Below, one piece after another: positions 21,101-31,548 of a stretch of 64,000 bases of DNA. The notes under the pieces are model-generated. The model saw only the letters and a program-made list of their open reading frames with translations, made no database searches and was not told the DNA's origin. Made by a program: the position numbers and the translations under genes. Source of the DNA: a virus. The stretch lies in the IMG/VR virus record IMGVR_UViG_3300025084_000006; one strand, given 5' to 3'. Position 1 is the first letter of the stretch, and every line of letters begins with the position of its first letter.

Positions 21101-24100
21101 TCTAATAGTATATGCGGTATTTACTGCCTGTAAAACACCATTAACAAAAATTAGAAGATTTTCTTTGGTGTCAGTTTTAACAATAGTATCGTCATCCCAA
21201 CTTAATGCAAACTCTGTAGAAATACCATCAAAACTTCCAGAAATATCTTTAATTTTTTTAAGATACTTATCATTAAATGTATCATTTTTAAATTTAAATG
21301 ATTTACATACAAACTTTGTTGGATCTGTAGTGTAAGTATCATCAAAATTTTCCCCAGTAATAGGATACTGAGGTCCTAAAGGAGCAGATGCAAATGTAAT
21401 TTGACTTCCACTTATCTCGTATGCTTTTTTTGGTTCTTGTGCAACACCATTTAAAGTAATGAATGTTTCTTGCTCATTATATGGTGAGTATGCTAAATTA
21501 TTTGCTTTGTCTAAAAGTTGGAAGGTTCTTCTTCCAAGAACATTACCATCACCAATAACACCTAGCGTTGGGTGGTATGCTGGAGAATCTACAGTTACAA
21601 CTTCAACTTTAACAAACGTTGAAGCATTTTCATAAAAAGTAATAGTATCACCAACTTCAAATCCTGATGCAATCTCAGAAAAGTCAGATTCGTTTGATTG
21701 GATAACCGCACCAAATTCAGTATTTGAAGTACCTTGATTACTTGAGAACTCACCAAACTCAGGCATGAAACCAATAGTCATAAGATTGATCTTTGACAGA
21801 TCAAAATTACCACCTCCACTGGTTACATACTCATCATTTGGGAGAATAGAGTAGTTGTGTAATGATCCGCTCCATGATTGTGCAGGAGAAGTAGCATCAA
21901 CATAAGGAGTGATGGCAGGTTGATTATTGGTGTTGCCAAGCATTTTAAACTTGACCCAGTGATTATATTCACCAGCAATAGTGGTAAAGTTAGTTCCACC
22001 ACCAAAACCAACAGCAATCTCAGAAGTGCCATCACCTACTTTTGTAATTGATTTGATAGGTCCAATATAATCTTCCTGAGTTGCATAGCGACCAGAGAAA
22101 TCTTGTGCTAAAATTAATTCTTTAGATAGAATACCTTCAGTATCATACTCATTAATGGAAACACTACCAACACCTCTACGAAGATTGGTATCTCTAACTC
22201 TAATTGAACTTTGAGTAACTCTAGTAGATTTTCTTTCTACTGTAACATTTTTAGGTGCTAGTTCGATAAAAGAAATTTTATCCGACTTTGGTTGTTCAAT
22301 TGGCATTGAACTTTCTTGTTCACTTTCAATGACAACTTCACCAAACATCAAGAAACCAGCTGGATGCGTAGTTTGCTTGATCAAGTCTCTCCACGTATTA
22401 ATAGGAGTCTTGGATTGAATTACATAAGAATAATCTTGGTAGAAGAAAGAATCGGTAAGTCTTTGATTTCTATCACCAATTTTTCCCTTATCGGATGTAA
22501 ACCTACCCATGTTATCTGAGAAAGATTTAATGGTAGGTTTAAATTGAGTTGACAAAACATCTACTACTTCAACAGATCTTGATGTTTGCATTACCGAAAC
22601 TAGCGGTAAATTGAAATCTACATTACCTGTAATTTTTTCTAATCTTATAATGTTAGTACCAAGTCTCCATCCCTTATCAGAAATAATTGCACTGAATACT
22701 AAACGATTACCATCTCTCTGCTCAACTCTTTCTCCTTTGAAAAACTTAGATTGTCCTCTAATAATAAGAGCATAGTGTGATGTAAATTTAGGTAGAATAG
22801 TAGTATCATTATGGTATCCACCACCATTTTTAACAATACTCACATTCTTAGGTAATCCAATATTATTAGATCCAAAGTATGCTTCTACTCCGCCTTCGTA
22901 GATAGTAATTTCAGGAATGTAATTATATCCACTACCTTCATTAACAACATCTATTCTAACAATTCTGCCAGCATCTTGGAATACATTAAATACTGCTCCT
23001 GTACCATCACCTCTACTAACATATGCTTTAGGTGATACAAAATTCTTGCCACCTTGTAAAATTTCAACTCCAAGAATAGTTTTTGTAATAGAATCCCATT
23101 GAACTTTAAGGTTTGGTTGATTGTCAGAATCAACATTACATCCAGTAATTACTGGCAATCTTTTGTAATCTATACCTTTATTGTCAATAGTTGCAGATTT
23201 AATTTTACCAATAGCAAATGGGGAATCGGTGTTATACCTTAAAGATCCTTTGCCATTGTAATCAGGAGTCTCTGTATAAGCATATGCAAATTTAGTTTGA
23301 CTAGAGAACAAGATTTGCTTAGAACCTGCAATTGGATCATCAATAACTCGTAGAGCTGCACCATCAGTATTAACATCACTATTTGATTTAATAAAGTAAT
23401 AATACGTGTCAAAGTTTACTGGGAATCTCTGTTGAGTCTGACCTACAATATTTGGACCAAATCCGAGAGTAATTGAAACAAACGAACCAGCATTGCCAGG
23501 TTGAATGCCACTTACTATTTTTTCTTCTGTGAAGATAGTTCCTGTTCTGCTAGCAGAAAAATCTAGGAAGACACCTTGCATAGAAACATGACTAGTGTCA
23601 AACACATAATTGTAGTATTTTTGAATTCTAATATCAGTATTAACACCAAACGTAGCAAAATTAACATCTTTAGAAAATTCTAGTCTATTTTCTCCAGGAA
23701 CAACAGAACTTAGAGCAATAGACTTCTTAGGAGAACTATTATCTTGGAATACGCTACTTAGAGTAACTTCTCTAGGAGAAGTAGAACTATAATCATATGC
23801 CAACACAATGTTCTGTGTTGTAGAGTCATATGAAATAATAGTTGGATCGTTAGGACCAATTCCTAGAGGTCTTGAATTCGCATCAAATCTATAGACACCT
23901 TTGTATAGAGATACAAGCGTTCCATCAAAGTGATCTACAATATTACTACCTTCAATACCCCTTTCAATTGTTACTTCTCTATTACTAGAGTCAATACTAA
24001 CAACTTTGACAATTTCGCTATCAATTTTAAGAAGGTCATTCTCAGACAACTTATTGACTTGAACTAAACTCAATTTAGTATTAAGTTGTGCAAGACCAAT

Positions 24101-27100
24101 ATGATCTACATTGATTGCTAGTCTTTGAGAAGAAATAGCATTAGAAAGTCTACCAAGATCAGCATCTGCAACTGTTAGAATATCACCTTTGATATAATCA
24201 CTTCCTTTATTAGTAATAGTAAAATCAGATACACTACCATACCCAGTGCCATTAAAGTCACTAACATTAATAGTTGCGATAGCATTCTTACTATCACCAG
24301 GAGAACCAATTCCATTCCTAACTCTGCTTTGGTCAAGGAAAATCAATTCTACATCTACATAATTTCCAGAAGTATAGGCAAGACCACCATTTAATAGATC
24401 TCCTCTACCTACACCAGTATCAGTCATCAAACTACCAAAACTAGGAGTCTTGAGTTTAATTTCCTGATAGAAACGTTTTCTTACATAATATTCAGTTGTA
24501 GTCTGACTTACATCTGGATCTACTTCAACATCGATATAACTATTAACTCCTACATTATGAGTTCCATCAGTTTCGACTAGAACTAGATCATCTCTAACTG
24601 CAAAAGCTTTAATTTCTTTACTTAGATTTGAATAAACTACAACTTCACCACCAACACTATCACCTAGAGTTGTGCTCTGCAAAAAGTGTGCTGTGGTTAC
24701 ACTATCAGGAACAACAAACTCACCTGATAAAACTTCTACTTTAACAGAATTTTGATTAGATACTGATTCTAAAACTCTACCAGTAGCAAGGGTTGAATCT
24801 GCACCATCAGTTAACAGAAGAGTTGATTCTGCAGTAAAAAATACATTTCTATCAATTAAGATACTAATAATTGTACTAGAAGAATTAAGATCCTTACCTT
24901 CAACAAAAGTTCCTGATACTTCTTCAAGGACAAATTCACTCCTATTAGATATGTCGGAAATTACCTTACCAGTAAATGCAGAATCTTCTTGTGTAACAAT
25001 ATCATTTTCAAACAGGTATGTTGGAGAAATTAATCGTACTAGCGCAACTGACTTAGTATTAGTTGTTTCTAAGGACTTACAATCCATAGAAAGAATATCT
25101 TTACCTACAACAGAAGAAACAAATGCAGACGCACCAGATCCATCTGTTCTTACATCACTAACTTGGAATTTACCGCCAACTTTAAATTGATCCGTAGAAT
25201 TTAAAATACTTAAAGTTTCAACGTTTCCTGATAAAGTCTCAGCAATAGTTAGCATGGATTGGGAACCATTTCCGTCCATACCAGGAATTCTGTATCTTTC
25301 TGCTTTTGTCGGTAGATCGTCCTGAGTTAAATCTGCATTGTAGTTGGAATCAACAGGTAAAGAATAAAAATTGTTACCTAGAATGTATGGGAAAGTTGGG
25401 TTATCATCAGAATCAACACTAATAAAATATGCATAGGTGCCAGTAGGATATTCTGGAGTTACACAGAATCTACCATTGTTCTCATCTAGTTCAGTCTTAC
25501 CGATAGATGTACTTGCTACCCATTCATAATCTTGGATAAATGTTCCGATAGGAAATTCATCTACCGATGGTCCATCAATTCTAGTTGCTTTAATTCTATA
25601 TGCAGATCTGATCCTTCCTATTGTACTAGTAGAATCTAGTGGATTTTCAAATCCAAAAGGACCATAGATGGGATTACCATCATAAGCAAAACCTAAAATA
25701 GGTGAATGTCCAGTTCCATCATCAGATAACTCAGTTCTTAATTGAGTTGGGGATGCACAAACGCCATATCCAAATCCTCTAGTTGGATTATAGTGAGGAA
25801 ATACGTAAGAATTATTATTGTCTAGATCTGGTTGTAATTTATTATATCTGTTTTTAGTCCAAGTGAACACATCACATGTTACCAGACCATCTCTACCAAC
25901 TGGGAAAATTTCAACAATTACATTTCCTTTGCTGTAGAATTTACCCTGATCTACACTTTCAAAGGAAACAATTTTACCATCTACTAGAATTGCTTTATAT
26001 TCTGCAAAACGACCCTTACCTAGTTTATCTGTAATTACAACCCTAGGAGGAGTTGAATAGTATTCTCCAGAATTAACAACATTAATACTTGTGATAGCAC
26101 CGAAAGTTACAACAGCTGTTGCCTCTGCTCCTCTACCAGAAGTAATCGTAACTTCAGGAACACTAGTAAAAATATTATCAGTTTCTAGTTCAATACTACC
26201 AATTGTCTCTCCAGACAAAAATGTTCTTGCTAATCCTGGAGCTCCATTAATAAGAACGTTAGGGGGATCATTATATCCATTACCTTTGTTTTCAATATTG
26301 AATTTAGTAATTTTACCATATTTAATTTGATCAAAGTCTTTGTGACTGAACGCAATGGTGCCATCAACAAAAATACCAACATCACGTTGTGAAGTCTCAT
26401 AAGACTCGGTGATCGTAAGTGGTTTCTTACGAATCAATCTAAGAATTTTTTGATCACTTAGAGTTTGTCCAATACCACTATACAAGATAGGTCTATTTGG
26501 CAATCCTCCTGTAGCAAGATAATAATAGTTTTCATCACGATATACAGCAGAAATGTTATTCTTTAACTTACTAATAACATTACCGACATTAATATCGCCA
26601 GATGATCCATAACCAGCATTTTCAAACCATCTTAGATTACCATTAGTATCAATAAGAATTGGATCGATACTAGTGAATCCTGGTTCGGAGATTTGAATCC
26701 TATCACCTGGTTCTGAATACGGAGCAGAGGTCTCTTGCTCCAAATTGTATAGAACTCCTAGACAAAGTAATCTAACGTCTCCAGAGGTGATTGTAGAGTA
26801 ACTATAGACGTTAGTATCTGCAGCATACCCATCAGATCTTTCCCTGCGACTAATTACGAACTGATCTACATTTTTAGAGGAATATTGAACCTCTTCTCCA
26901 TTAATATAGATTCTGCCCTTCTGTAAAAATCCTTCTGTAGAGAATACATTAATCCTATCACCAACATCACTATTAGTTGGTAGACTATCAGTTAAGCGTG
27001 TTTTGGATGCAGTACCGAATTGATTATTAAGTGTAGCAGTATCAATCGTAATTTCATACAAAGACAATCCATCAACTGACCCAGCACTGAATACATTGTC

Positions 27101-27922
27101 TACAATAGCAGATGCATACTCAACAGATTCGTTGAGTGGATCTAAATTCTGAATAATTGTCTCACCGATTAAATCATCAGCATTTCCTTCTAAAACAATT
27201 ACCTTAAGAGCATATGATGTAATCCAATCAGAAAAAGATGATTTTAGAGTATTATCTTTAGGTCTTAGAACCTTGGGTTTATCATTAGAAACTAGTGTGT
27301 TGAAAATAAACTGAATAGACCTATCAGTACCCTTTGCCTGATAGAAATCAGTAATATTCTTGATTAGGGTACGCTTATCAACATCATCCTTTAAATACTT
27401 TTCTGGGAATGATGCTAGGTAATCATTTTCAAAGTTTTTGACAAATGCATACAAGAACAGATTACTAATGTTCTGTACATTGGCATTGATGTCATGATTT
27501 TCTGCCAGAGTGGTAACAAACTGACTGGAGCTGTACAAATCTCCTAGTCTTTGATTGCCACTGACACCACGGGATACTTCTCTAAATTCAGTATCTGTTC
27601 TGGACTTATAAAAGATGATCTCACTACCGATAGAGATGTAACCATCAGTTTCAGGGAAGGAAGTTGCATCTTCAACCCGAATAGTGGTATCAACTGCATC
27701 AACGTAAGATACTACTTTAGTAGACTCTTTAAGTAGATTTTTTTCATAAAAATCAATATCACGATATTTCGTGATATTACTAATCACGTCAAGAGGATTG
27801 CCTCTTAACTCCAACTGCTCATAATATTTCTCAATGACTTTAGAGAAATTCTCATATTCATTGATAATGAACTCAGGGAGTTGAGATTCAATAAGAGTAG
27901 ATATTCTTCTGGTCTCTACCAT
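18161..27922 (-). CDS. gp7: Baseplate wedge initiator gp7-like protein (3253 aa)
   Basis: ISTLIESQLPEFI; LIKNITDFYQAKGT; HSPILGFAYDGNPIYGPFG..LDENNGRFCVTPEYP; DSFFYQDYSYVIQS..W...IK.TTHPAGF; located between gp6 and gp8. Confidence 0.85.
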   Translation of the reverse strand: MVETRRISTLIESQLPEFIINEYENFSKVIEKYYEQLELRGNPLDVISNITKYRDIDFYEKNLLKESTKVVSYVDAVDTTIRVEDATSFPETDGYISIGSEIIFYKSRTDTEFREVSRGVSGNQRLGDLYSSSQFVTTLAENHDINANVQNISNLFLYAFVKNFENDYLASFPEKYLKDDVDKRTLIKNITDFYQAKGTDRSIQFIFNTLVSNDKPKVLRPKDNTLKSSFSDWITSYALKVIVLEGNADDLIGETIIQNLDPLNESVEYASAIVDNVFSAGSVDGLSLYEITIDTATLNNQFGTASKTRLTDSLPTNSDVGDRINVFSTEGFLQKGRIYINGEEVQYSSKNVDQFVISRRERSDGYAADTNVYSYSTITSGDVRLLCLGVLYNLEQETSAPYSEPGDRIQISEPGFTSIDPILIDTNGNLRWFENAGYGSSGDINVGNVISKLKNNISAVYRDENYYYLATGGLPNRPILYSGIGQTLSDQKILRLIRKKPLTITESYETSQRDVGIFVDGTIAFSHKDFDQIKYGKITKFNIENKGNGYNDPPNVLINGAPGLARTFLSGETIGSIELETDNIFTSVPEVTITSGRGAEATAVVTFGAITSINVVNSGEYYSTPPRVVITDKLGKGRFAEYKAILVDGKIVSFESVDQGKFYSKGNVIVEIFPVGRDGLVTCDVFTWTKNRYNKLQPDLDNNNSYVFPHYNPTRGFGYGVCASPTQLRTELSDDGTGHSPILGFAYDGNPIYGPFGFENPLDSTSTIGRIRSAYRIKATRIDGPSVDEFPIGTFIQDYEWVASTSIGKTELDENNGRFCVTPEYPTGTYAYFISVDSDDNPTFPYILGNNFYSLPVDSNYNADLTQDDLPTKAERYRIPGMDGNGSQSMLTIAETLSGNVETLSILNSTDQFKVGGKFQVSDVRTDGSGASAFVSSVVGKDILSMDCKSLETTNTKSVALVRLISPTYLFENDIVTQEDSAFTGKVISDISNRSEFVLEEVSGTFVEGKDLNSSSTIISILIDRNVFFTAESTLLLTDGADSTLATGRVLESVSNQNSVKVEVLSGEFVVPDSVTTAHFLQSTTLGDSVGGEVVVYSNLSKEIKAFAVRDDLVLVETDGTHNVGVNSYIDVEVDPDVSQTTTEYYVRKRFYQEIKLKTPSFGSLMTDTGVGRGDLLNGGLAYTSGNYVDVELIFLDQSRVRNGIGSPGDSKNAIATINVSDFNGTGYGSVSDFTITNKGSDYIKGDILTVADADLGRLSNAISSQRLAINVDHIGLAQLNTKLSLVQVNKLSENDLLKIDSEIVKVVSIDSSNREVTIERGIEGSNIVDHFDGTLVSLYKGVYRFDANSRPLGIGPNDPTIISYDSTTQNIVLAYDYSSTSPREVTLSSVFQDNSSPKKSIALSSVVPGENRLEFSKDVNFATFGVNTDIRIQKYYNYVFDTSHVSMQGVFLDFSASRTGTIFTEEKIVSGIQPGNAGSFVSITLGFGPNIVGQTQQRFPVNFDTYYYFIKSNSDVNTDGAALRVIDDPIAGSKQILFSSQTKFAYAYTETPDYNGKGSLRYNTDSPFAIGKIKSATIDNKGIDYKRLPVITGCNVDSDNQPNLKVQWDSITKTILGVEILQGGKNFVSPKAYVSRGDGTGAVFNVFQDAGRIVRIDVVNEGSGYNYIPEITIYEGGVEAYFGSNNIGLPKNVSIVKNGGGYHNDTTILPKFTSHYALIIRGQSKFFKGERVEQRDGNRLVFSAIISDKGWRLGTNIIRLEKITGNVDFNLPLVSVMQTSRSVEVVDVLSTQFKPTIKSFSDNMGRFTSDKGKIGDRNQRLTDSFFYQDYSYVIQSKTPINTWRDLIKQTTHPAGFLMFGEVVIESEQESSMPIEQPKSDKISFIELAPKNVTVERKSTRVTQSSIRVRDTNLRRGVGSVSINEYDTEGILSKELILAQDFSGRYATQEDYIGPIKSITKVGDGTSEIAVGFGGGTNFTTIAGEYNHWVKFKMLGNTNNQPAITPYVDATSPAQSWSGSLHNYSILPNDEYVTSGGGNFDLSKINLMTIGFMPEFGEFSSNQGTSNTEFGAVIQSNESDFSEIASGFEVGDTITFYENASTFVKVEVVTVDSPAYHPTLGVIGDGNVLGRRTFQLLDKANNLAYSPYNEQETFITLNGVAQEPKKAYEISGSQITFASAPLGPQYPITGENFDDTYTTDPTKFVCKSFKFKNDTFNDKYLKKIKDISGSFDGISTEFALSWDDDTIVKTDTKENLLIFVNGVLQAVNTAYTIRRSANDSQTDIIVFIEPPRNFYDVIDYTPEQLDQKEYFYGYGVGSYDRLRIDERLIPYRGEGPYLVFDEETDTVKNINEADFALVFVDGVLQAPDTYKLNGPNISFTEKLIKYIPSTGESLASKVEIISLFGRQVPKTLSAYDYDRIIFRNEVSIVLTKVLDDPNGKDEYIEWQENFTAFDPSVTKNVFTFDDNGNRVFIGKLNSVRFDLLEDGTATGNAKPGVVAEQLTIKILNAENLKFTANDYDPRVSDDDELRIKGIFITDQTDFTDFVSFNSAYPIFKIDWEYSKNADGERVLVQDIPDWLKGSKLGDDAYFNLYNNLVDIAPGDEIMIDGEKDYRKILYIPPEVKGRNFNNGQTAKFEHYSPIEVTNYNDIVRGEGLSVTCTIGDGGAVTGVGFSDLEWNRRDLKLFFDTGILLQPTAYQYFVPPQVKFIPVDGRGGGARAEVLTIAGQVLDVILLEGGSGYTQPPRAVVTRGYNVLRKPNRTIQSNYRLEIGTQIGLQQQTTIATEIIISGQGQSTGLFSLISFGIVGSVTPIDNDEIVNIITPEAEEVGDQLGLPEGNSIIFTNRDPFTAIDQVASELLINETLITVTLDNPIASITNISPAGGVDVIINNLQKIINTPIAYFREESASATGALLDSPLSPIGTTLYVNNTSLFADVGKLQVGREIVGYERKLQDRFLNVTRGLDRTVAVAHPAGQYIRTIPDSVRVIDAGPRSIIATIVSVAQSDVSNIEVKNQIHSISDIVDVQVDTNLKMTLQKEIQPSVTEVSVAIQNYVISLTESSVLMSSESVSVAASTIQSINSAELPQQVLTDVIEYEIAPYLTYNDQVITLQLTSTATPTESSVLMSDESVSVVASTIQTINNASIVTEKALDLHTSQVETSVSQSLQIFAAIPPSTDPGGLNSPIPVASILSTETALYAVIHGTETEVAILGNHLPVIDGKDKPADITLNREMGVLDFFEELVVLETSVLLR
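18492..18749. repeat. Two ~75-bp in-frame direct repeats within gp7 (18492-18566 and 18675-18749)
   Basis: TESSVLMSSESVSVAASTIQSINSA versus TESSVLMSDESVSVVASTIQTINNA, offset 183 nt. Confidence 0.85.
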
Positions 27923-27928
27923 TTAAAC

Positions 27929-29737
27929 TTACTCTGCGATAATCGTGAACAAACTCTTAGGGATATCTACGTCAAGATAAACTTCCCTGATGGCACTAAT
28001 ATCATTGCTTAGAGGGACAGATCTAATTTCAATACGATTGTCAAAGAAACTACCTTTGATAATCGTTAAGTCAAACAATTTAACCTCGCCTTTCTTGTAA
28101 TCTACTGTTCCAACAGAATCGTTGAGAACAATTTTTTCACTAGTTATAGAGTCTATTCTATATAGGACCATTTTACCAGCACGATCCTCCAGATACACTG
28201 TATACAAAGGATATTCGCTGACCTTAAATCCAGTAGATTGAACTACAGTATCCTCATCACATGTGTCATCGAATGCATTCTGGAAACACACTTCATAAAA
28301 GAATTTGTTATTGATACTAGGATAGAAATCCTTTCTCATTTTAATTGTTGTGAGATTGCCGTTAATACTACGATCTGCATCATCGATGACACTGACAAAT
28401 TTTGAATACCTAAATTTGCCATTAAATTTTTCTGTATCAGATGTTTCGATATATTTCTCTAGTCCAGCAATAACTTTGGATTTGATATCGTCATTAGTTT
28501 GATTAGTCTTAGTCTTATCAAACATGATTCTAGATGTCATCTCAACATATAGTACAGATGCATCAACAATATCAGCACTGATAGAAGCAACAATATATGG
28601 TTTGAGACCAGTTTTAATTTCTTTCTTGGTTCTCGAACTCAACCTTGATGCGGATTTTGGTTTTACTACAATCTTTACCTTACCATATTCTGGGGGATCA
28701 TCCTCTTCTCCGCCAAACGTAATGATATCAGCAACAGCAGGATAAATCTCACGAACAATTGCTGCGTAGTCTTCTGCAGTTACTGCTCTGTTCTGTGTAC
28801 CAAAAAACTTAGGTGCGTTGTACTTGATCTTTTTAAGTGACTCAATTTCAGCACCTCCATTTGCCGCTTCAGCAAGATCTGCTGCTGACGTGTAGGAAAT
28901 GCTGTAATTATAGTTAGAAGACCCCTGTGGGTCCTCTAGGACGCCATTGAAGGTGAATGATTTGGCACCATTGCTCTCAGGACCATTTGTAGAGAGATAT
29001 GTAATGTCAATCTTGTTTCCTGCTTCTAATTTCTTTCCAAGGACTCCATCACCGAAGAAAATTTCATATTGCTCATCTTCAATCTCTTCTACGTAGAATA
29101 CCTTGCTATCTCCCGTAACAGAAAGTATATTGTCCGCTCTTGCAAACATAGTTCCCGTACTTGCCTGTGCAGAAGGGAGAACACGTACTCTTAACGTAGA
29201 AATGTCCGCAGATGGGTTCTTAATTGTAAACCTGTTCGACGCAGTTGCATTTACAATATAAGTATCTGTAACAAAATTACCCTCATAGATCGCAACTTCA
29301 TCAAAAGTTGCGGTTCCATTAACTACTTGTGTTTTAATATCCTCAACTGCAACGTAATTATACGCTCTTGTGTCATACGATGCGGTAAATCCTGTACCTC
29401 GCTTCAGTATGATCTCATTGGGTGCAGTGTTGGGGAAAACTGCTCTAAACGTTAATACTGCTTTTGGTGATGTTGCAGACTTGGGTGTGTATCCTAATTG
29501 CTTCGCTAATGCTACTACGTTGTCCCTCAGCGTTGCTGAATCAAGGAACGTCTCATTCACCACCATGTTAGTGTTGAATGCCGTGTAGTAGGTGTTATAC
29601 GCCAACACATCCAAAAGGTTCGCCCATGTCGAACCTTCAAAATCGAAGTCAGTAAATTCTTGCTGCGATCTCAAGTATTCCTTGAGAGCAGTCTTAATAT
29701 CTGCAAAATCTAGGTTTGACAGCTGAACGTATGGCAT
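27929..29737 (-). CDS. gp6: Baseplate wedge subunit gp6
   Basis: LDFADIKTALKEYL..Q.EFTDFDFEGS...LLDVLAYNT; FGDGVLGK; QNRAVTAEDY; PPEYGKV. Confidence 0.95.
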   Translation of the reverse strand: MPYVQLSNLDFADIKTALKEYLRSQQEFTDFDFEGSTWANLLDVLAYNTYYTAFNTNMVVNETFLDSATLRDNVVALAKQLGYTPKSATSPKAVLTFRAVFPNTAPNEIILKRGTGFTASYDTRAYNYVAVEDIKTQVVNGTATFDEVAIYEGNFVTDTYIVNATASNRFTIKNPSADISTLRVRVLPSAQASTGTMFARADNILSVTGDSKVFYVEEIEDEQYEIFFGDGVLGKKLEAGNKIDITYLSTNGPESNGAKSFTFNGVLEDPQGSSNYNYSISYTSAADLAEAANGGAEIESLKKIKYNAPKFFGTQNRAVTAEDYAAIVREIYPAVADIITFGGEEDDPPEYGKVKIVVKPKSASRLSSRTKKEIKTGLKPYIVASISADIVDASVLYVEMTSRIMFDKTKTNQTNDDIKSKVIAGLEKYIETSDTEKFNGKFRYSKFVSVIDDADRSINGNLTTIKMRKDFYPSINNKFFYEVCFQNAFDDTCDEDTVVQSTGFKVSEYPLYTVYLEDRAGKMVLYRIDSITSEKIVLNDSVGTVDYKKGEVKLFDLTIIKGSFFDNRIEIRSVPLSNDISAIREVYLDVDIPKSLFTIIAE

Positions 29738-30130
29738 TTATCGAGTTCTCTCTAGGAAGAATTCTAGTGTTTGTGGAAAATCTTCTCTACCAACAATCTC
29801 AAACTCTATTTCTACATCAAACCCGTTACTATCAAAGTTTGCTTCAACAGAAAGTTGAGTCGTTGCAACACGTGGTTCATAATCACGTAACGTTTTTTTA
29901 ATATTAGTGGCAACCTGACCTGCAGTTGCCACATCAAGTGGTTCAAACATTAATGAACGTAAATCAGAACCTAGATCAGGAGCAAAGGGCCTTTCTCCCT
30001 TATTTGTTAATAATAAATTTACAATCGCCTGCTTAATTGCAGCATCATCCTTCTTAACGACTAAATCGCCTGTTACAGGATGAGGTTTGAACGTAATGCT
30101 CAAATCTTTAAACGATTGTTGATTCGCCAC
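29738..30130 (-). CDS. gp25: Baseplate wedge subunit gp25 (GTG start)
   Basis: FKDLSITF.PHPVTGD..AIKQAIVNLLLT.KGERPF.P..GS..YEPRV. Confidence 0.95.
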   Translation of the reverse strand: MANQQSFKDLSITFKPHPVTGDLVVKKDDAAIKQAIVNLLLTNKGERPFAPDLGSDLRSLMFEPLDVATAGQVATNIKKTLRDYEPRVATTQLSVEANFDSNGFDVEIEFEIVGREDFPQTLEFFLERTR

Positions 30131-30154
30131 TTATTAGTAGAGGTTACCTCCTAG

Positions 30155-30161
30155 TATTTAG
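30155..30161 (-). promoter_or_regulatory. Late promoter (CTAAATA) upstream of gp25
   Basis: Intergenic tatttag followed by a GGAGGT Shine-Dalgarno-like sequence on the minus strand. Confidence 0.7.
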
Positions 30162-30338
30162 TCACTTACCAACAAATCCATCGTCCCATTCTGCTGTTGC
30201 TAAAAATTCTCTGGTCTGTTGCATTAGTTCATTTTCTTTAGCAGACTTATTCAACCAATAATCACTTTCTACTTGAGTGATCAAGGTCATTCCTGATTGT
30301 ACGAAATCGTTGCTCTTATCGGTGGGACTATTTGCCAT
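30162..30338 (-). CDS. Small hypothetical protein (58 aa, MANSPTDKSNDF...; below the track cutoff)
   Basis: Hand-translated ATG..TGA that fills the gap and overlaps the upstream stop. Confidence 0.7.
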   Translation of the reverse strand: MANSPTDKSNDFVQSGMTLITQVESDYWLNKSAKENELMQQTREFLATAEWDDGFVGK

Positions 30339-30765
30339 GGACTATTCTCGTATACATTTTTGGTGACCAATAACTATAATAATTGGTCTGGTGCAAAGAT
30401 TTCCTTGCCTGTACTAATTTATCAATCTTTGAACATAGCACTATATTGTATTCACCAAAGTTCGTCTGAACTCCATTGATATATGAAGGATCATGTTTAT
30501 GATCATCTAATACAATATATTCATTTTGTGCCATGTTCAACATTGATACACTTTGTAGCATTGCTGCTTCTGAAACGTCATCCTCAACTATAAAGATGAT
30601 AATCTCAGCGTTAAGGTCTGAATTCAGAGCAATGTCGATTAAATTACACTCTATAACTTCTACACTTGCTGCTGCTGCAAAGGGACATATAGCATGCCCA
30701 CCGAGTTCCTTTCGTTTTACTGAAACATACTCGATCCATTTACTAACAGCATCAATCTTAGACAT
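30328..30765 (-). CDS. Hypothetical protein (145 aa, LGGHAICPFA motif)
   Basis: ORF overlapping its neighbours in the operon. Confidence 0.75.
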   Translation of the reverse strand: MSKIDAVSKWIEYVSVKRKELGGHAICPFAAAASVEVIECNLIDIALNSDLNAEIIIFIVEDDVSEAAMLQSVSMLNMAQNEYIVLDDHKHDPSYINGVQTNFGEYNIVLCSKIDKLVQARKSLHQTNYYSYWSPKMYTRIVHGK

Positions 30766-31402
30766 CGGTGAAAAAGAATACTTGGTTTAATCTATACTCT
30801 TCACCAAAATACATATCATCAACAATATTCATTCCATGCGTGAATTTATTTCCGTTGAAAAGATATAATCGATTGTATATTGGTTCTAACGTATGTATCA
30901 CTTCATAATACTCTTTAGATCGCCATGGGAATTCGTGCTCATTGACTCCCGTCTTATTATCGATATCCTTGGAAATATAAAGATTCGTACCTGAACGATC
31001 ACCTGGATTATTATTTAAATATATGATCCCAGTATACCCTGCATCTTTATGTGGCCACCAATAATGATCATGATAGTTATTAAACTCACATTTCTTGAAG
31101 CGAGTTAAATTTGTAATCACTTGACCTGATTCAATAGCACGATGTCCACAAATTTCTGCTAAGTCATCATAAACTCTTATTGAATCAGAGTGATAAACAT
31201 CATGTCTACGATCCTCAAAGTGTATCCCGTTCATTGATCGACTCTCATCACCCTTCCATAACCCAGGTAGTGTGCCGAGAAAACTTCCGACAACACTATC
31301 TGGATCTGAATAATAATCGTCGATCTGATATATCGTAGATCCTTCTACCTTACTTTCCTTGACCACGATAACGCTTCTTTGCTCCATTACGACTGGTTGC
31401 AC
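30758..31402 (-). CDS. 2OG-Fe(II) oxygenase-like protein (true start probably a little downstream)
   Basis: PHKD (HxD), GIIYLN, GTNLY, YNRLYLF..THG, RLNQVFF: double-stranded beta-helix fold motifs. Confidence 0.75.
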   Translation of the reverse strand: MQPVVMEQRSVIVVKESKVEGSTIYQIDDYYSDPDSVVGSFLGTLPGLWKGDESRSMNGIHFEDRRHDVYHSDSIRVYDDLAEICGHRAIESGQVITNLTRFKKCEFNNYHDHYWWPHKDAGYTGIIYLNNNPGDRSGTNLYISKDIDNKTGVNEHEFPWRSKEYYEVIHTLEPIYNRLYLFNGNKFTHGMNIVDDMYFGEEYRLNQVFFFTDV

Positions 31403-31496
31403 TTAACTTGGTGTGCTTCCCCTTACCCTGACGACTCTTCTTGGGAATTGCTTCCACATACGTGCCGCCTTTCATGAATCCGCCTGCTTTTGCCAT
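31350..31496 (-). CDS. Small basic protein (48 aa, ...KKSRQGKGKHTKLSATSRNGAKKRYRGQGK)
   Basis: Hand-translated; resembles a small basic ORF family of cyanomyoviruses; has its own promoter upstream. Confidence 0.7.
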   Translation of the reverse strand: MAKAGGFMKGGTYVEAIPKKSRQGKGKHTKLSATSRNGAKKRYRGQGK

Positions 31497-31519
31497 GAGT
31501 CTCTCTTGGTTACCTCCAT

Positions 31520-31548
31520 ATTATAGCACATACCTCACTACCCTGCAA
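31520..31548 (-). promoter_or_regulatory. Sigma70-type promoter TTGCAG-N17-TATAAT with extended -10 TG
   Basis: Direct reading; upstream of ATG 31496. Confidence 0.6.
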